Shown here: positions 1-14,259 of the stretch, piece after piece | Numbering within the stretch: the stretch's first letter is position 1 | Layout: each line of letters opens with the position of its first letter | Notes under the pieces: model-generated | What the model was told of the DNA's origin: nothing | The model's database searches: none | What the model saw: only the letters and a program-made list of their open reading frames with translations | NCBI RefSeq assembly: GCF_006345805.1 | Contig: NC_043008.1 | Span: 60,078,001-60,142,000, forward strand | Source of the DNA: Octopus sinensis | Taxonomy: Eukaryota | DNA: 64,000 nt | Direction of reading: 5' to 3' | Translations under genes and position numbers: made by a program

Positions 1-35
<35 letters not shown>

Positions 36-112
36 TTATCTGTCTATCTATCTTTACGTCAGCCAATTTCAATTGATAACTGGCAAAAGCTATGGTTGAA
101 AGGCAAGCTGGA

Positions 113-113
113 A

Positions 114-193
<80 letters not shown>

Positions 194-240
194 ATCTATG
201 TATGTATGTATCTATCTGTTTATCTGTCTGTCTATCTATC
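113..240. repeat. (TATC)n microsatellite
   Basis: Direct reading. Confidence 0.95.
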
Positions 241-429
241 TAGTTATCTCTACCCATCCGTATGTCTTTCTAACTGTCTTACTCTGTGTATGTATGCATC
301 CATGTAAATAATGTATATATGTACATATACATATACGTATACATACATATGTGTATATATATATATATCTTACGTACACCCACACACAGAGACAAACATA
401 TAATGTACATTCAGTCTGAGAAAATAATG

Positions 430-825
430 CTTTGTGCTATGAGCACGAGGTCTGAAATTTTGTTGGAGGAAACTAGTCTATTACATCAATTCCAGTGCTC
501 GACTGGTACTTAATTTTTCGACCCCGAAAGGATGAAAAGCAAAGTCGACTTCGGTGGAATTTGAATTCAGATCGCAAGCACGGACTAAACGTATGACGAA
601 ACAGTGGTCGCAAATTTTGTGACAAGGTTAGCAATTTCAAGAAGTGGGGCTAAATCGATTTCATCGACCCCAGTGCTCAACTGGTACTTCTTTCATCGAT
701 AAGGAAACAATGGAAGGCAAAGTTGACCTCGGCAGAATTTGAACTCATAATGTAAAGACGGACGAAATGCCCCTAAGAATTTTGCCAGGCATGCTAAAGT
801 ATCTGCCAGCTAGCCACCAAGCTTG
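430..825 (-). mobile_element. Two older family C SINE copies
   Basis: GACCCCGAAAGGATGAAAAGCAAAGTCGAC and GAAGGCAAAGTTGACCTCGGCAGAATTTGAACTC motifs. Confidence 0.75.
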
Positions 826-1959
826 ATCAGATAATGACTAGCGAAATCTCAAAGTCAATCTTCAAATTTTTAACAATTTTATGAAAATTTCGCTGCATTA
901 TTAGATTTACCTTATTGTTTGCTAGGAGTAAGATCACTATGTTTGCCATATCAAATACGTTTTATTATGGAACTTGTTTGGTTACATTATGAATACGCAC
1001 AGAAGATACTTCTTGTGACGTGTCACTGAATTGAAAGTGTCTATCTATATTAAATTTGTACCAATCTCTTTGAGCCATGTTGGTATTTGGGTGCTGATAC
1101 TGAGTGAGAGATAAGTGCATGCCATCAAAGTGACACTGGGGTAGGAATTTACGACGCCCCATATACCCATCATGACTACCAGTCTGATAAAGTACACTAG
1201 ACTAACGCATTACAATCACATGTGGGCGACTGATTTAAAACGCTAAGTATTTGAAATGCATTTTCACCAGAGACACTTGAGAAGTTTTGGAAGTTTATCT
1301 ATACAGCATTCATTCTAATTTGTTTACGAACATATTAAAATATCTATGAGAAACAGCATCAAATGTGTGATGAAGAAAAACAAAAACGAATGTGAAGAGG
1401 ATTACAAAAAGAGCATAATCAAATATTCAATGCAGAAAATCTCACATTTAAAAAAAATTAGTTCAGCATTTTTCTAACAACAATGGCACAGGTATGAGTG
1501 ATTCACTAATTTACTAAGCAATAACATTACAAAAAAGCAATGGTACCCTCATGCACACAAGCTTTGTGACATGAAAATAATGTTAGAAATGAAAGTGGAG
1601 CACCATTGTCATCTTTTACATGTACAATTTTCAGGAGCAACATTAAATAAGTTACACATTGATAAAAGAAAGACCACGTGGCAGCATTACGTTACAAATG
1701 ACATTACTGGACAGGAAATTAAGAAAAAACGGTAGTATACTGTTGGATGAATTTCAAAGTAACATATAACACTATCTATAGATTTTTAATACTTAACTGC
1801 TTCAGCATATACGTGAACCGTACGATGAATTATAAATAGAAATGTGTTGATCTTCCATTAAATTCCCTTTGTATGTCGAATCCTTTTACAGACGACAAAG
1901 AAGAATTGACCCCAACTGCAACATATACGGCAATTCGATATTGTCCTATATCATATGAA

Positions 1960-2218
1960 GTGGAGGCGTGTGGCTTAGCGGTCATAGTGTTGTATTTGTG
2001 ATCGTCAGATTGTGGTTTCGATTCCTGGAACGGGTGACGCATTGTGTTTTTCAGCCAAATACTTCATTTCACGTTGCTCCTGTCCACTCAGCTGGCACAA
2101 ATGAGTACTCCTACGACGGAGCGGCGTCCTGTCCAAGGGGGAATATATACGCCATGAAGCTGGGAAACCGGTCCTTATGCGTCGCTATGACTCAAGAAGG
2201 TAACTTTACCCTTACTTT
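1960..2218 (+). mobile_element. tRNA-derived SINE, head B + tail 2 (older copy)
   Basis: Head and centre homologous to 39966-40100; tail GGCGTCCTGTCC...ACGCCATGAAGCTGGGAAACCGG homologous to the tail of 13160-13470. Confidence 0.75.
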
Positions 2219-2480
2219 TATATATGAGGAATACAGAATTGCCCATAATATAAAGGAGGAATACTCGTGTTCAGTATATTTAAAATAATGTAAACCATGC
2301 CATGCTTATAGGCTTACAGTGTAGAAAGAGAGGCGCATTCAGAGACACGTACACGCATATATATACACCTGTAATGTTATGTGTCTGTGCTCAATTTCAA
2401 TACTGAATTGTTGTTTACAAATGGATAATGTACAAACATCACTTAAATGCTTACATGCTTATATAGTTGTTATAGTTATA

Positions 2481-2517
<37 letters not shown>

Positions 2518-3109
2518 GTTTCTAGCTAGGTATATGTAGCTATTTATATATTATCTAGATTAGGAAACATACATGTATTTATATAATTCACACGCACACA
2601 AAAACATAAATAAACGCATCACACTCAACAACACGCGCATACAAGTTATACAGACATATATACACATATATATGAATTCCTACATAAAAACATACATGTA
2701 TACATACATACGATCAAGCGATATAGCACCTGCAAAACTCATGATTTTCATTCAAAAAAGAATATAAATTAATAAAAAAATTCTTTGTTGTATTGAAATT
2801 TGAAATGAATATATGCTTATTCACATCCCAAATAATCAATATACTTCTGCTATACTTCTGATATCTCTGTAAACGGGCTTATTGTATTTTTTTCTGTTTT
2901 CATTGGAAACTTCAATGTGCACATTTCTTTCTGCAATAATTATGATTCCTTTCTTTTAGAATTTCTGGACTCGTGCGCTTCCTTACAACAGTCTTCATCA
3001 CTTTCAAGAAGTCTAATTTAATCATGGAGAACGAAATTTGTTTCCTGTCCTTCAATACAGTAAGTCCTCTCCATACTGTGGAAACTGGGCCGATGCAAAG
3101 TATGATATC

Positions 3110-3318
3110 GGTTTCAGATTTTGGCGCAAGCTCAGCAATTTCAGGGGAGGGTTTAAGTCGATACATCGGCCACCGCCCCCAGTGCCCAACTGGTACTTAT
3201 TTTATCGATCTCAAAATGAAGAAAGGGAAAGACTTCCTTGGAGGAATTGAAACTCAGAATGTTCAGATGGACACATTTTGCTCGGTGTATTAGCGATTCT
3301 GCCAGCTCGCTGTCTTAA
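3110..3318 (-). mobile_element. Older family C SINE
   Basis: CCCCAGTGCCCAACTGGTACTTATTTTATCGA...CGATTCTGCCAGCTCGC. Confidence 0.7.
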
Positions 3319-3379
3319 TACTGAGTATGATATTGGCAGATAAATATCTGCTGAAAGTTAGGAATACTTGAGTAGAGCT

Positions 3380-4300
3380 TACTGGGTATTTACCCAGTAA
3401 CTGAGTGGTCTGTACAAATGATGAGATAGGTGGTATTGAAGAGATAAGCGTAACCGTTTAGTTCTTAACCAAAGAACTAAACTCATGTCCAAAATTCCAT
3501 CATAAAGTTTTCATTGACTAGATTGGGAAAATAATTATGCATATAATACTGGTTACTGAAGCTCCGGGAAAATTGTGCTGTTTTATAAACGGTGCGAAGT
3601 ACATTCATACAACTCCTTTCTTTAGAAATCCTTCAATGATATTTTCGTCAGAAAGAATGGCTCATTCTTGGCAACACAAACTCAGATCTTGATGATTCTA
3701 TTTTCAGCTATGCTCCTTCAAGCTAACAACAATCTTCCTTAGATGGATTATATGCAGAGATGCAGAAAAACAAAAGGAATTGTATCCCTTTCTTCTCTCA
3801 TTAATGATTCCTATTTTAAGTGGAGCACTCGAGCAATAAGCAAGAAAGCCCGGATTTTCCAAATGCATTCTAACTGTGCGTCCCAATGCATTTATTTGAC
3901 TGCTTGTCGTAAAATAAAAATCTCCGATACAGAAATGATGTTTTCATTTGCGACAAATAGATAGCAGGTTAGTTAATCTTCTCATACTGATACAAATTAA
4001 TGTGATTTAATTTCCTCTGGATGTCTTGGTTGGCTTTTGCAGTATTTTCATTGTTTTTCGTCTGTGCCTAAAACTGATCAAAGGTGTCCGAACTTTCGTT
4101 TGTCTAGCTTTAGTCCAGAAAAATACAGCAACAAAAGGAAAAGAAAAATTCGCATCTAGTTCTTGAATCTCTTGTCCATCCTTCCATTTCTAAAATGGTA
4201 TTGTGTCAAATAAAAGAAATGTTGATTACTGGTTACTGTTTTTGTTATTAAGCCATTAATTTTTCAATGTTTGAGTAAGACGTATTCTAGCTGTAATTAC
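3380..4300 (-). pseudogene. Highly decayed hAT (ZMYM1-like) transposase fossil
   Basis: Minus-strand motif remnants occur in the expected order across frameshifts: ELDANFSFP (cf. ELDAxFCFPC), ENPGFLA (cf. NxGNFLA), IIEGFL (cf. IxERFL), YDGILDMS (cf. YDGASNMS, ~3481-3504) and CTDH (CxxH). Boundaries approximate. Confidence 0.5.
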
Positions 4301-5177
4301 CTTATCCTTGTATTTCAGACAGAAAAAAATGTCGTCCAGCAGTCATTCATTTTTGAGCGAGTTGGATGTGTTTTTGGAGGATATTTTTCTGCGATTTCTT
4401 ACAGATATATTTTGGATGAAATTTTCTATGCATGACGGTGGTTAAGGCAAATTTCAGATTCATTTTAAATGTCCTGAAGCTATGGACATCACCAAGAAAT
4501 GAACGAAATATTCCCTTCGTAAAACGTGACAAATGCTTCACTTCCATTAGTGGAAATCATCCATCTTACAGCAGGAAAACAAGTAGTGAACACGGACTAA
4601 CTAATTATATAGAAGGATAAATAAATAACAACAAACTTTAGTGTTAAATCCGATATAAAGGGACAAAGTTGAGGTGAAGGAACGAAAATGGTAATAAAAG
4701 AATATAATGAGAAACTGAACACTTTTAAACATTTCAAAATTACTTCCACATGACACTTACAGCAATTTTGCTGCAACTCATGGCACAAACACGCATCTGC
4801 ACACATATATGTGCACACACACACATAAACATGTAAACTTATATATGTGTGTATGTATGTATGAATGTATCAGCCTACAGCTTATGACGATTAGGATTAT
4901 GCTTATATGCATCCGTATATGCAGGTGCATATATATATATATATCAGTCTGAATATGCGTATTATCTCTCCATATATACATATATACATACGTATGTATA
5001 TATATATATAATATATATATATATATACAAAGCAGACATGCATCTGTTCATATTCATAGATATATATACATACTTATCCGTATATATATATTAATGTATT
5101 AATGTATATTATAAAAAATATTTGCGCTTAAACACTAAACTCGTTCTCTCCCTCTTTCTCTATACATACAAATATGC

Positions 5178-5210
<33 letters not shown>

Positions 5211-5250
5211 ATATGCATATACATATATGCATATATATACATATACAAAC

Positions 5251-5281
<31 letters not shown>

Positions 5282-5856
5282 CTTACGCATACATATATGC
5301 ATATATATGTATGTATGTATATATATGCGTATGCATATACAATACCGTGAATATAAGATATATATCCAATACATATGCAATTTTACCTCAGATATAAACT
5401 CACAGCGAAATCCCCCCCACATATATATATATACTCACAGACGCTCACACTTCATATATAATGGCGCATGCTCTCACGTTCTCTTACATACATATTTACA
5501 TTAATTCATGCACAACACATTATCTAGAATTACATTCCATAGTAATCGAATCCAATGTACAAACCTAATGGCCAGCACATTTCAAACTAACGAATTTCGT
5601 GTGGAATATTTATTTAGGTATATAACTAATGATTTGTATATTCATCGCGAAATGTAATAAAGAAATTCCTAGGCGAATTTTATTTCTTTATCTTCATCTG
5701 TTTTTTTTTTCACAACTAATAAAATCTTTCTCGTGTTACCGGCTACGCTTTCAGTAATTTTATCCGTGACAAATCGCACACATACAGAGATACATATGCA
5801 TGCAAGGAAACAAGTATAGGTATGCTTATAAATATATATATATATATATATAATAT

Positions 5857-5890
<34 letters not shown>

Positions 5891-6262
5891 ATATCAATAT
5901 ATATATATATATAAGTATAAATGCAAACGCATGTGCACGCGCACACACACATACGCCCATACTTATATATATTTATACACACATATTTATACTTACATAC
6001 ACACATAAGCTTACGATCACTGAACGCATCCGCGTCTGCATATGTGTATATATGAACATATATGACTGTACTTATATTTTTATTTATATATGTATATATT
6101 CATACATATGTACACATATATGTTTTAAACACGAATACAAATATATAAACATACCTATCACTTATTATACATATACACATACACATATGCATGCATAGGT
6201 GCATGTGTGTATGTGCACATAATGCACTAACGTAATACATGAATATCCGCACATAGGTTTAT

Positions 6263-6297
<35 letters not shown>

Positions 6298-7230
6298 CCT
6301 ATGTACATACCTTCATATATATGTATATATACATGCCTATATGGGTATATATGTATGTATATATGTATGTAAATATATATATGTATATATGTATGTATTT
6401 ATATATATATATGTATATACGTATGTATATATATATCCATATATGCATGTATATATACATATACATGTAGGTATATACATATATGTTTGCATATATGCAT
6501 ATATTTATTATTTATATTATATATATATATATTATATATATATATATTATATATATATACAATATATATATATATATACAAGTATGTATGCATATTTTTG
6601 TCTTAAGGTATCTAGCTATCCATCTAACAATCATTACACGCACACACACACATACACATATGTACATACACATATATACATATAAGAATATAGAATTACA
6701 GTCTGCACATTAACTTATGCGAATCCTTTGTTAATGAAAGGAAGTTCTGGTAATATTCACATGTATATAAGAAACTGCAGATACATATAACTACATATAA
6801 CCACCGCCGCAAATTTATACATATACACACACATTTGCATTCATCGATAGTTTCTCTCTCTCTCTCTTCCTCTCTGTCTGTCTCCTGCTTCTTCTCTCAC
6901 TCTCTCCTCGCGCTTCTTTCTCTCCTTACACTCTCGCACACTTATTTCTATGTGCCCCAATAAATATATATATAGAAATATATTTATTTAAACATTACAC
7001 TCCTGCACACGCACACAGATGTATCCAAATCAGAAACTACGTTAAAAGTAGAAAAAAAAAAGGAACAAAAGTAAGAATTCATGTTAATAAATGATCTAGA
7101 GTATATATATTTAAAACTTTCTCAATGACAAAATTTCAGAGAAGGCGGATTAAATGGCTTCAAAAGTATCAATATTACAGACACACACACACACACACAC
7201 GCACACGCAAACAACTATATACATAGATAA

Positions 7231-7278
<48 letters not shown>

Positions 7279-7369
7279 ATATATATAGATATATTCACAA
7301 ACACATATAGATATTTCATATTGTGCCCTACATATCCACAGACTCTGGAATAATAAAGTAATAGAATGC

Positions 7370-7400
<31 letters not shown>

Positions 7401-7603
7401 TGTATGTATGTATGTATGTTTGTATGTATGTATGTATGTATGTATGTATGTACAGATATGTGTGCAATCAGGCATAATTATTATTAGGACAAACTAGACT
7501 TTATAAATGCACATGTATATTATAAAAACTTCGATCGGAGATGTATCCATCCATCCATCCATCCTCCATCCATCCATCCATCCATCCATCCATCCATCCA
7601 TCC

Positions 7604-7650
<47 letters not shown>

Positions 7651-8650
7651 AATCAATCAGAGAAGAGTAGGATGTATTTGGACAACATATACACATACGT
7701 ATGAATCAAACACCAAAGAAAATAAATTCTTGATTTATTAAAATTATCTCCCATGCAAGGAATTGCTGAATGTGTCACAATATCTAAATGACAACTGGGA
7801 ACTGCTGAGTATGAGAAAGGAAGGTAATTATATATATATATATTATCGCCAGTGTACTTATTTACACACACATACACACACATAAACACACACACACACA
7901 CACAGACACACACACACACACCCACACATACACACGCACACACATTTCGAAGTTGCACTTTTAACCAATTAACTTGACCATTGATCATATGGTAAAAGGA
8001 AAACATGGCAGCCGTGGAAGTCTCATGGCAGCTTTCATAATGTAGACATTATGCATTACGTTCTCTCTTATATTATATTATATTATTTATTTACATTCCT
8101 GATGTTCTTGTATACTACGACATGTCAAAATATGTCACCGTACAGCAACAAGGCCGTCACAGGAATAATTTCACTACAACTGCCGGAAGTCATCTGTTGG
8201 ATAATGTTTTTTTATAGCAATCCGTATCTGCTTGTAATTTCATTTATATTTTTGATAGAAATAGAAAAGTATGCAAACAGAAAAGCAATAACAAAAAAAA
8301 AAAAAGGAGGATTAATATAAACAAGAAGAAAGCAAGCACGAACTTCACAAGTGAAAAGTAAACAGAAAAAAATAAATGCCATTGACACTCATAAATACTT
8401 ATAACCACACCCACAGGAGACAGAAATGTGGATAAATTCAAGAAGCTCAAAGACTCCCTTATCAACGTTCTTCTCTATCTAACCAATTCTGGCCCAAACA
8501 CAGCTGGCTAAAAACATTACAAATCTATTACTTTATATGTCAATCTGATATGGATAATCCATTAACTATTCCTACATATAAAGAAGGAAGTAATTAAGAA
8601 CTTGAAATGTATTTTTTAAAATCATAGAAAATTGAAAGAAAGCGAGAAAC

Positions 8651-8840
8651 AAGTAAAGACTATTTGCCAACATAATGTGGCTGTCCTGCAAGGGACGCTT
8701 GTTACTGTCGTATAGCCACAGGAAACATCATTTCAAACTGGTTATACGACACAATATTGTCGATGTTTCCATGGGTTAAACAACAGTAACATTTGTCCCA
8801 TCCAGGACAGCCGCATTACGTTGGAAAATAGTCTTTACTT
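8651..8840. repeat. Long inverted repeat (fold-back)
   Basis: 8651-8688 versus the reverse complement of 8803-8840 match 35/38; pairing continues imperfectly inward to ~80-bp arms with a ~30-nt loop. Confidence 0.85.
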
Positions 8841-9042
8841 TAAGGAACTGTTAATAAATATCTCTCTTCGAGAGATTTAGAACGAAAGAAGGTAACAGTA
8901 ATATCATCATTCCCACATGCCTTATAAAATGAAATTTCCGCCTTGTGGTATTTGAAGCGGATGTGTAATTAAGAACACGTCTTAGTGTACAATGAAAATG
9001 TTAGAACATTTGCCGTATACAAATATGTTTTGCTTCCTGTAA

Positions 9043-9430
9043 GGGAGGAAGCACTCCGTCGGTTACGACGATGAGGGTTCCGGTTGATCCGAATCAACGG
9101 AACAGCCTGCTCGTGAAATTAACGTGTAAGTGGCTGAGCACTCCACAGACACGTGTACCCTTAACGTAGTTCTCGGGGAGATTCAGCGTGACACAGAGAG
9201 TGACAAGGCCGGTCCTTTGAAATACAGGTACAACAGAAACAGGAAGTAAGAGTGAGAGAAAGTTGTGGTGAAAGAGTACAGCAGGGATCACCACCATCCC
9301 CTGCCGGAGCCTCGTGGAGCTTTAGGTGTTTTCGCTCAATAAACGCTCACAACGCCCGGTCTGGGAATCGAAACCGCGATCCTATGACCGCGAGTCCGCT
9401 GCCCTAACCACTGGGCCATTGCACCTCCTC
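9043..9430 (-). mobile_element. tRNA-derived SINE, head A + tail 1
   Basis: tRNA-like head with A box TGGCCCAGTGG and B box GTTTCGATTCC; 11-bp TSD GCTTCCTGTAA (9032-9042, 9431-9441). Confidence 0.9.
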
Positions 9431-9877
9431 GCTTCCTGTAAAATGTACAAGCGAGTCATGCAAATGTTCTAAAGCACTTACAACCAAAATGGTGAATATG
9501 TTATCTCAAAGATGATCGAAGGATGAAGCGTTCACCATTTCGCTATGAAACAACAAGTCAGAATGTCAACAACTGATTTATAGCAGCCGTTGACATTGAC
9601 ATCTGGAGTTATGGTTTTGTAAACTGATCAGAAACGGACAAACGAAAGCATTGGTTTCTTTATATATCAACAGGAAATATCTTCTGAGATTGTGTCTCTA
9701 AAATGCACGTACCTAGCTCTGTGTTAGATAAATTCACATGAAGTAAAATTTAAACTCATAAAAGTGAAATATTTAATTACCTGCTTAGATGAACATAGAC
9801 TGTAATTCCTAGATCCCTGTGAGTATGTCTAGTATATAAGGCTTAGCATGTATCTAAGCCTCTCGACTAATATTCAT

Positions 9878-10601
9878 TGTATAGTCGTATGTATGAATTT
9901 TTATTACCTTTGCATAATAGTTGTTACTTCTCATAGCATCGAGTAATTCTTTTGTACTAGTAACCCCTTAACCCCAGGTATCAGGGATACGATGGAGACA
10001 TTGGCAGTAGAACTTTGGATAAACGACAAGATAGAAGTGCCCTAGAACAACGGTTTGAATGTCATTGCAGCTAAGTGGAAGATCTCTATTAACAGACAAC
10101 GGTTAGTCGTCAACTAGCTAGTGAGATGCAACTTCAGGGCAGACTTATCGTAGACCCAGCTCGTTGCACTTTTGCACACTACTTGGTATTTGGAGTGGAT
10201 ACCCAGAGCGGCAATCTGGCGAGGAGAAGACGCCAACTACCTTACTCACCGTGCAAAGGAATTTTGTTCTGAGCAGAACAGTCAAAGTCGATCTACGACG
10301 AACAACCGACAACGACGGAACCAGCAGACAACCAGCTACAGCCAAATAGCGGCATGCCTTATAATAGAACCAAGCTAAACCGTGTATACTGAGTGAGGTA
10401 CCTGTTGATAAGTCACCTGACAAGACAGAGCTACACTGAAGAACGCACCAAAACCAGTTATACAGTATCTCACTCGATGTAAGATGGTTTGAAACAAACG
10501 TGATTAAATAAAGAAATTCGTGAATTCCATTTTCTGCATCTCTCATTTTTGATATATCATAGTGAATTTCACTGAAGAATAATTCATGATTGGGCTATAC
10601 A
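9878..10601 (+). mobile_element. Possible solo LTR
   Basis: Starts TGTATAGTC and ends GGCTATACA (8/9 inverted, TG...CA). About 720 bp, GC-richer than flanks, AATAAA near 10507. No clean target-site duplication (TSD). Confidence 0.4.
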
Positions 10602-11449
10602 ACTATATATGTATTTTAAGTTTGTTATTGCAAATACAATTCAACACACACACACATACACACGTCTATCTGAGTGAGTGACCTCTTTGTGTCTCTTAAT
10701 ATTTGCTGTTTTTATCCGTTTCGTAAAAACAGAATAACATTTAAGGGTTCGTTTCTATATCATATGATTTACCTTAGAAAGCTAAGAAACACTAGAGAAT
10801 TCCTACTAAAGTATTGTTGTAAAACATGGCAGAGATAAATGGCAAGATGACAGGAAATATGAATTGTATTCAAGTTGAAATGTCGCCATATCTTTATTAT
10901 ATAAACATATTATTAGATGAAGTAACACGAGAGTGCTACAAAGCAATACTTTATAACCGCCGGCGAAAATGCAAGATTGAAGCTATTCATTTTCTTAAAG
11001 CAATTACAGTTTAAATATAGAGTTCTAATGGAATCCATGGTTAAAATGAATCCATACATAGATGTTTTACAGGAAGAATACTTTGTGTGTATGTGCGTGT
11101 GTTTACATATATGTATATATATGGGTATGTATGTATGCATGTATGGATATATCTATATATCTATATATCTATATATACATCCACATACATGTATATACAT
11201 AAAGGGAAGTTTAATATATTTGTATGTATGTGCGTATATATAATATTATATATATATAGATATATACATGCATGCATGTATATATATGTACATGCATATA
11301 TATGCATACATACGTCATACATAATGTATGTATTTAAGTGCATATATATATATACATATAAATATAAATTGTGAAAGAGAGAGTTACTGACAATGAATGA
11401 ACTACATTCATAGACACACACACACACACCACACACACACACACATATA

Positions 11450-11528
<79 letters not shown>

Positions 11529-12192
11529 CAGATATTAAACTGCACTTACAATCGTAATCTTAGAACACATACATGGCTGGACAGTTTATTTCTGTATTCT
11601 TCCTCAAGGAAATGGTGTTTAGAATGATTTTAAGAAACGTTTCATTATCGCGTGTCGGAACTCGTACTGTAAGTCTAAAGCAAGCAAGTTTCATTAAGAT
11701 TAGTGTAGTGTGATACACCGATATCCTCTTAATCATTTATACTGCGTTTCGAGAGTAAATTACTGCTTTGGAGTCTATTCATCTAAAAATTACTCTAACC
11801 GTTCAGAAAACAAATTTAGTACAAATCGACAATAGTGAATAATGTAATATCCGGCAAGCCGTGGTAACTGGGATAGGAATGTGTTCGTAACAATTAATCT
11901 ACAAAGCGGGTTAATTAGTTCATTCTATAAGAAACTCAGCATGTGTATTTGCTGTGAGGTGTGAATTAGTTAACATTACTGGCTCCTGCACTTTGTTTAA
12001 ACGCCGAGAACATAAAAGAAGTAATTTTGTCTTAGTTGTAAGCTGCTCGCATCTTTAAGCAGTGATTTCAAGCGTAATATATGAACTATTTACAGCAAGT
12101 TTAGCCAGCATTACTTGAATGGAAAGCATCTAAGCTTAAGGCACAAACTTGTGTACGTAGCAGAATATAAGGCTTGAAAACTACGATGCATA

Positions 12193-12712
12193 CCGTAAAT
12201 CCTCGAGTATAATCTGCATTTTTTCCCAAAATGTAAAGGTCAAAATACCTAGTGCGTACTATATACGAGGTTACAAATGAAAATTTATATTCTAAGCAAT
12301 GTCCGAGTCTCTATTTGCTCTCCGGCAATGTTTATTCAGACGTATTTTGTGATGTCGGTCGCGAAAATACCTTAAGCGAAGCCTGAAAGCAATGAAGTCA
12401 TAAAAGAATCATCCATAACTTCCAGCAAGCAACATTTATTAAAATTAAAGTATTCCGAATACAGAATAACCTATAACAAAAACAATTTGCAAACATTTAC
12501 ATTCCCATATAGCAGTTGAGAACATCACCATTATTGTATTACGCATGCGCGGTAGCGTTTGTTCGATTAGGTGCTGCTGGCTTAATTACGCACAACTCAA
12601 GTTAGAGGAAGGGTGCCTATTATACACAAGGTTTAGGCTTTTCAGAGGTACATCCCCCTAAAAAAACCCTGCGTAATATACTCAAGGGCGGACTAAACTC
12701 GAGGATTTACGT
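12193..12712. mobile_element. Non-autonomous Tc1/mariner-superfamily element (Tc2/pogo-like MITE)
   Basis: TIRs CCGTAAATCCTCGAGT / ACTCGAGGATTTACGT, TA on both flanks, subterminal TGCGTxxTATAxxCxAGG-like repeats. Confidence 0.75.
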
Positions 12713-13159
12713 TATTTAAGATTTCATCAATCGACAATCGAAACAAAACTTGTAGCTCAGAACTCATATGACACTAATCCACCGAACACTCGGTTCTATG
12801 ATACAAACTTCCTGATTTAAAGTAATCCAACCTTCCATCGAACCTTCCAAACACTTACTTTATAAAAATAGATATTTAGTAAATTCTTCTCTATCTTCAG
12901 AATTAATTGTAACAAAATAAGCATGTGTCTATAAAATTTTGGAACAAGAGGTGAATATCTTATAAGTGTTTTGTTGTTGTAGTTTGCGATGCAGATAATT
13001 CAGCTTTGCTAATAGGGACCAGATAAGATGCGACTGGACTGAACCCTTATAAACTCTAGGGAGATGTGTTTTCCACATGCTTAATGTAATGATACCAGGA
13101 GGAAAATTATTGAAGCTTAAACTCTAAAATCCAAGTAACGGATCGTAGTTATTTACATT

Positions 13160-13470
13160 GTTTTTCAGCCTTTTCAAGCCTAGCCAGGTACGTGGGGCCC
13201 GGTTTCCCGGTTTCTATGGCGCATGTGTTCCCCCCAGCTGGACGGAACGCCAGTCCATCGCAGTGTTCCTGAAGAAACATGAAGAAAAAGTGAGAGAAAG
13301 TTGGAGCGAAAGAGTACAACAGGGGTCGCCACCACCCCTTGCCGGAGACGCGTGGAGCTTTAGGTGTTTTCGCTCAATAAACACACACACAATGCCCGGT
13401 CTGGGAATCGAAACCGCGATCTTCCGACTGCGAGTCCACTGCCCTAACCCCTAGGTCATTGCGCCTCCAC
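13160..13470 (-). mobile_element. tRNA-derived SINE, head A + tail 2
   Basis: Same head and body as 9043-9430 but a different 3' part; 13-bp TSD AGTTATTTACATT (13147-13159, 13471-13483). Confidence 0.9.
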
Positions 13471-13695
13471 AGTTATTTACATTTACAACCAATTTATTCA
13501 GCCTTTAGCTCTTAGCATTGACTGATTTAAACTTCTTTCCAGAATTCTAGAATACTTAGAGATAAATCTGCTTGCAAACCCTTTCAACTGCCATCACCTG
13601 GAGTCTTATTCAGGGAAATACTTATATGTCACCTCTGTTACACTCTCAAAATGGATCGAAACTCATTTAGAGACTTAGGACCCTTCATGTTTTTA

Positions 13696-14259
13696 TTGGG
13701 TTGCCCGGAAAGTTCGTACCGATTTTTAAAAGAAAGAAAAAGGTCAATAAATATTTGTCATTACATTTTTAATCAGCCAAATATGAGCCATTTTGCTGCA
13801 CAATGAGTCTCCATCTTTCCTTTAACTTGAAAATATCCTCTTTCCAGAATTCAAGTTGTTTCATCGCAACGTATTCATCAAGGTGTCTTTTTACGTCATC
13901 CAAGGAATTGAAATTGTTACCATTAAGACTATTCTGCAGAGACCTGAAGTGGAAATCCGAAGGAGCTATATCTGGTGAATATGGAGGGTGGGGGTAGCAC
14001 AACCCAGCCGAGCTGCAGCAATTTTTGACTAATTTCCAAATCATCAAGTGCCGAAAATGAACTTTCTTATCTTCCATTTTAAAGGGTTACCGAATTAACA
14101 TAGGTTATAGGAACATAAACCTTCTTCCATGAAAAGATAGCTTAAACTGTCCTCTAAATGGAGGTGTAGTGAAATCCTATTTTATGGACTCAACTATGTT
14201 CTAAAATAAGTCGAAAGGTAAGCTACTATAAATCGGCAAGAATTTTCCGAACAACCCAA
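13696..14259 (-). mobile_element. Internally deleted mariner transposon
   Basis: Imperfect ~30-bp TIRs (TTGGGTTGCCCGGAAAGTTCGTACCGATTT / AAATCGGCAAGAATTTTCCGAACAACCCAA) flanked by TA; contains a transposase remnant. Confidence 0.92.
13769..14077 (-). pseudogene. Mariner transposase remnant (N-terminus fused to C-terminus)
   Basis: MEDKKVHFRHLMIW joined to HPPYSPDIAPSDFHFRSLQNSL...FWKEDIFKLKERWRLIVQQNGSY. The YSPD(I)APSD motif is diagnostic of mariner; the central DNA-binding and catalytic region is missing. Confidence 0.88.

Noticed and set aside
1250-1760. Possible Helitron helicase remnant (HKL..MKV..P, ITG-like traces)
   Set aside because: Too few residues match across frameshifts to support a call.
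10145-10546. 133-aa minus-strand ORF
   Set aside because: No recognisable domain; lies within the putative solo LTR.
12820-12850. Candidate next exon starting V-R-W on the minus strand
   Set aside because: In-frame stop after eight codons and no polypyrimidine tract.
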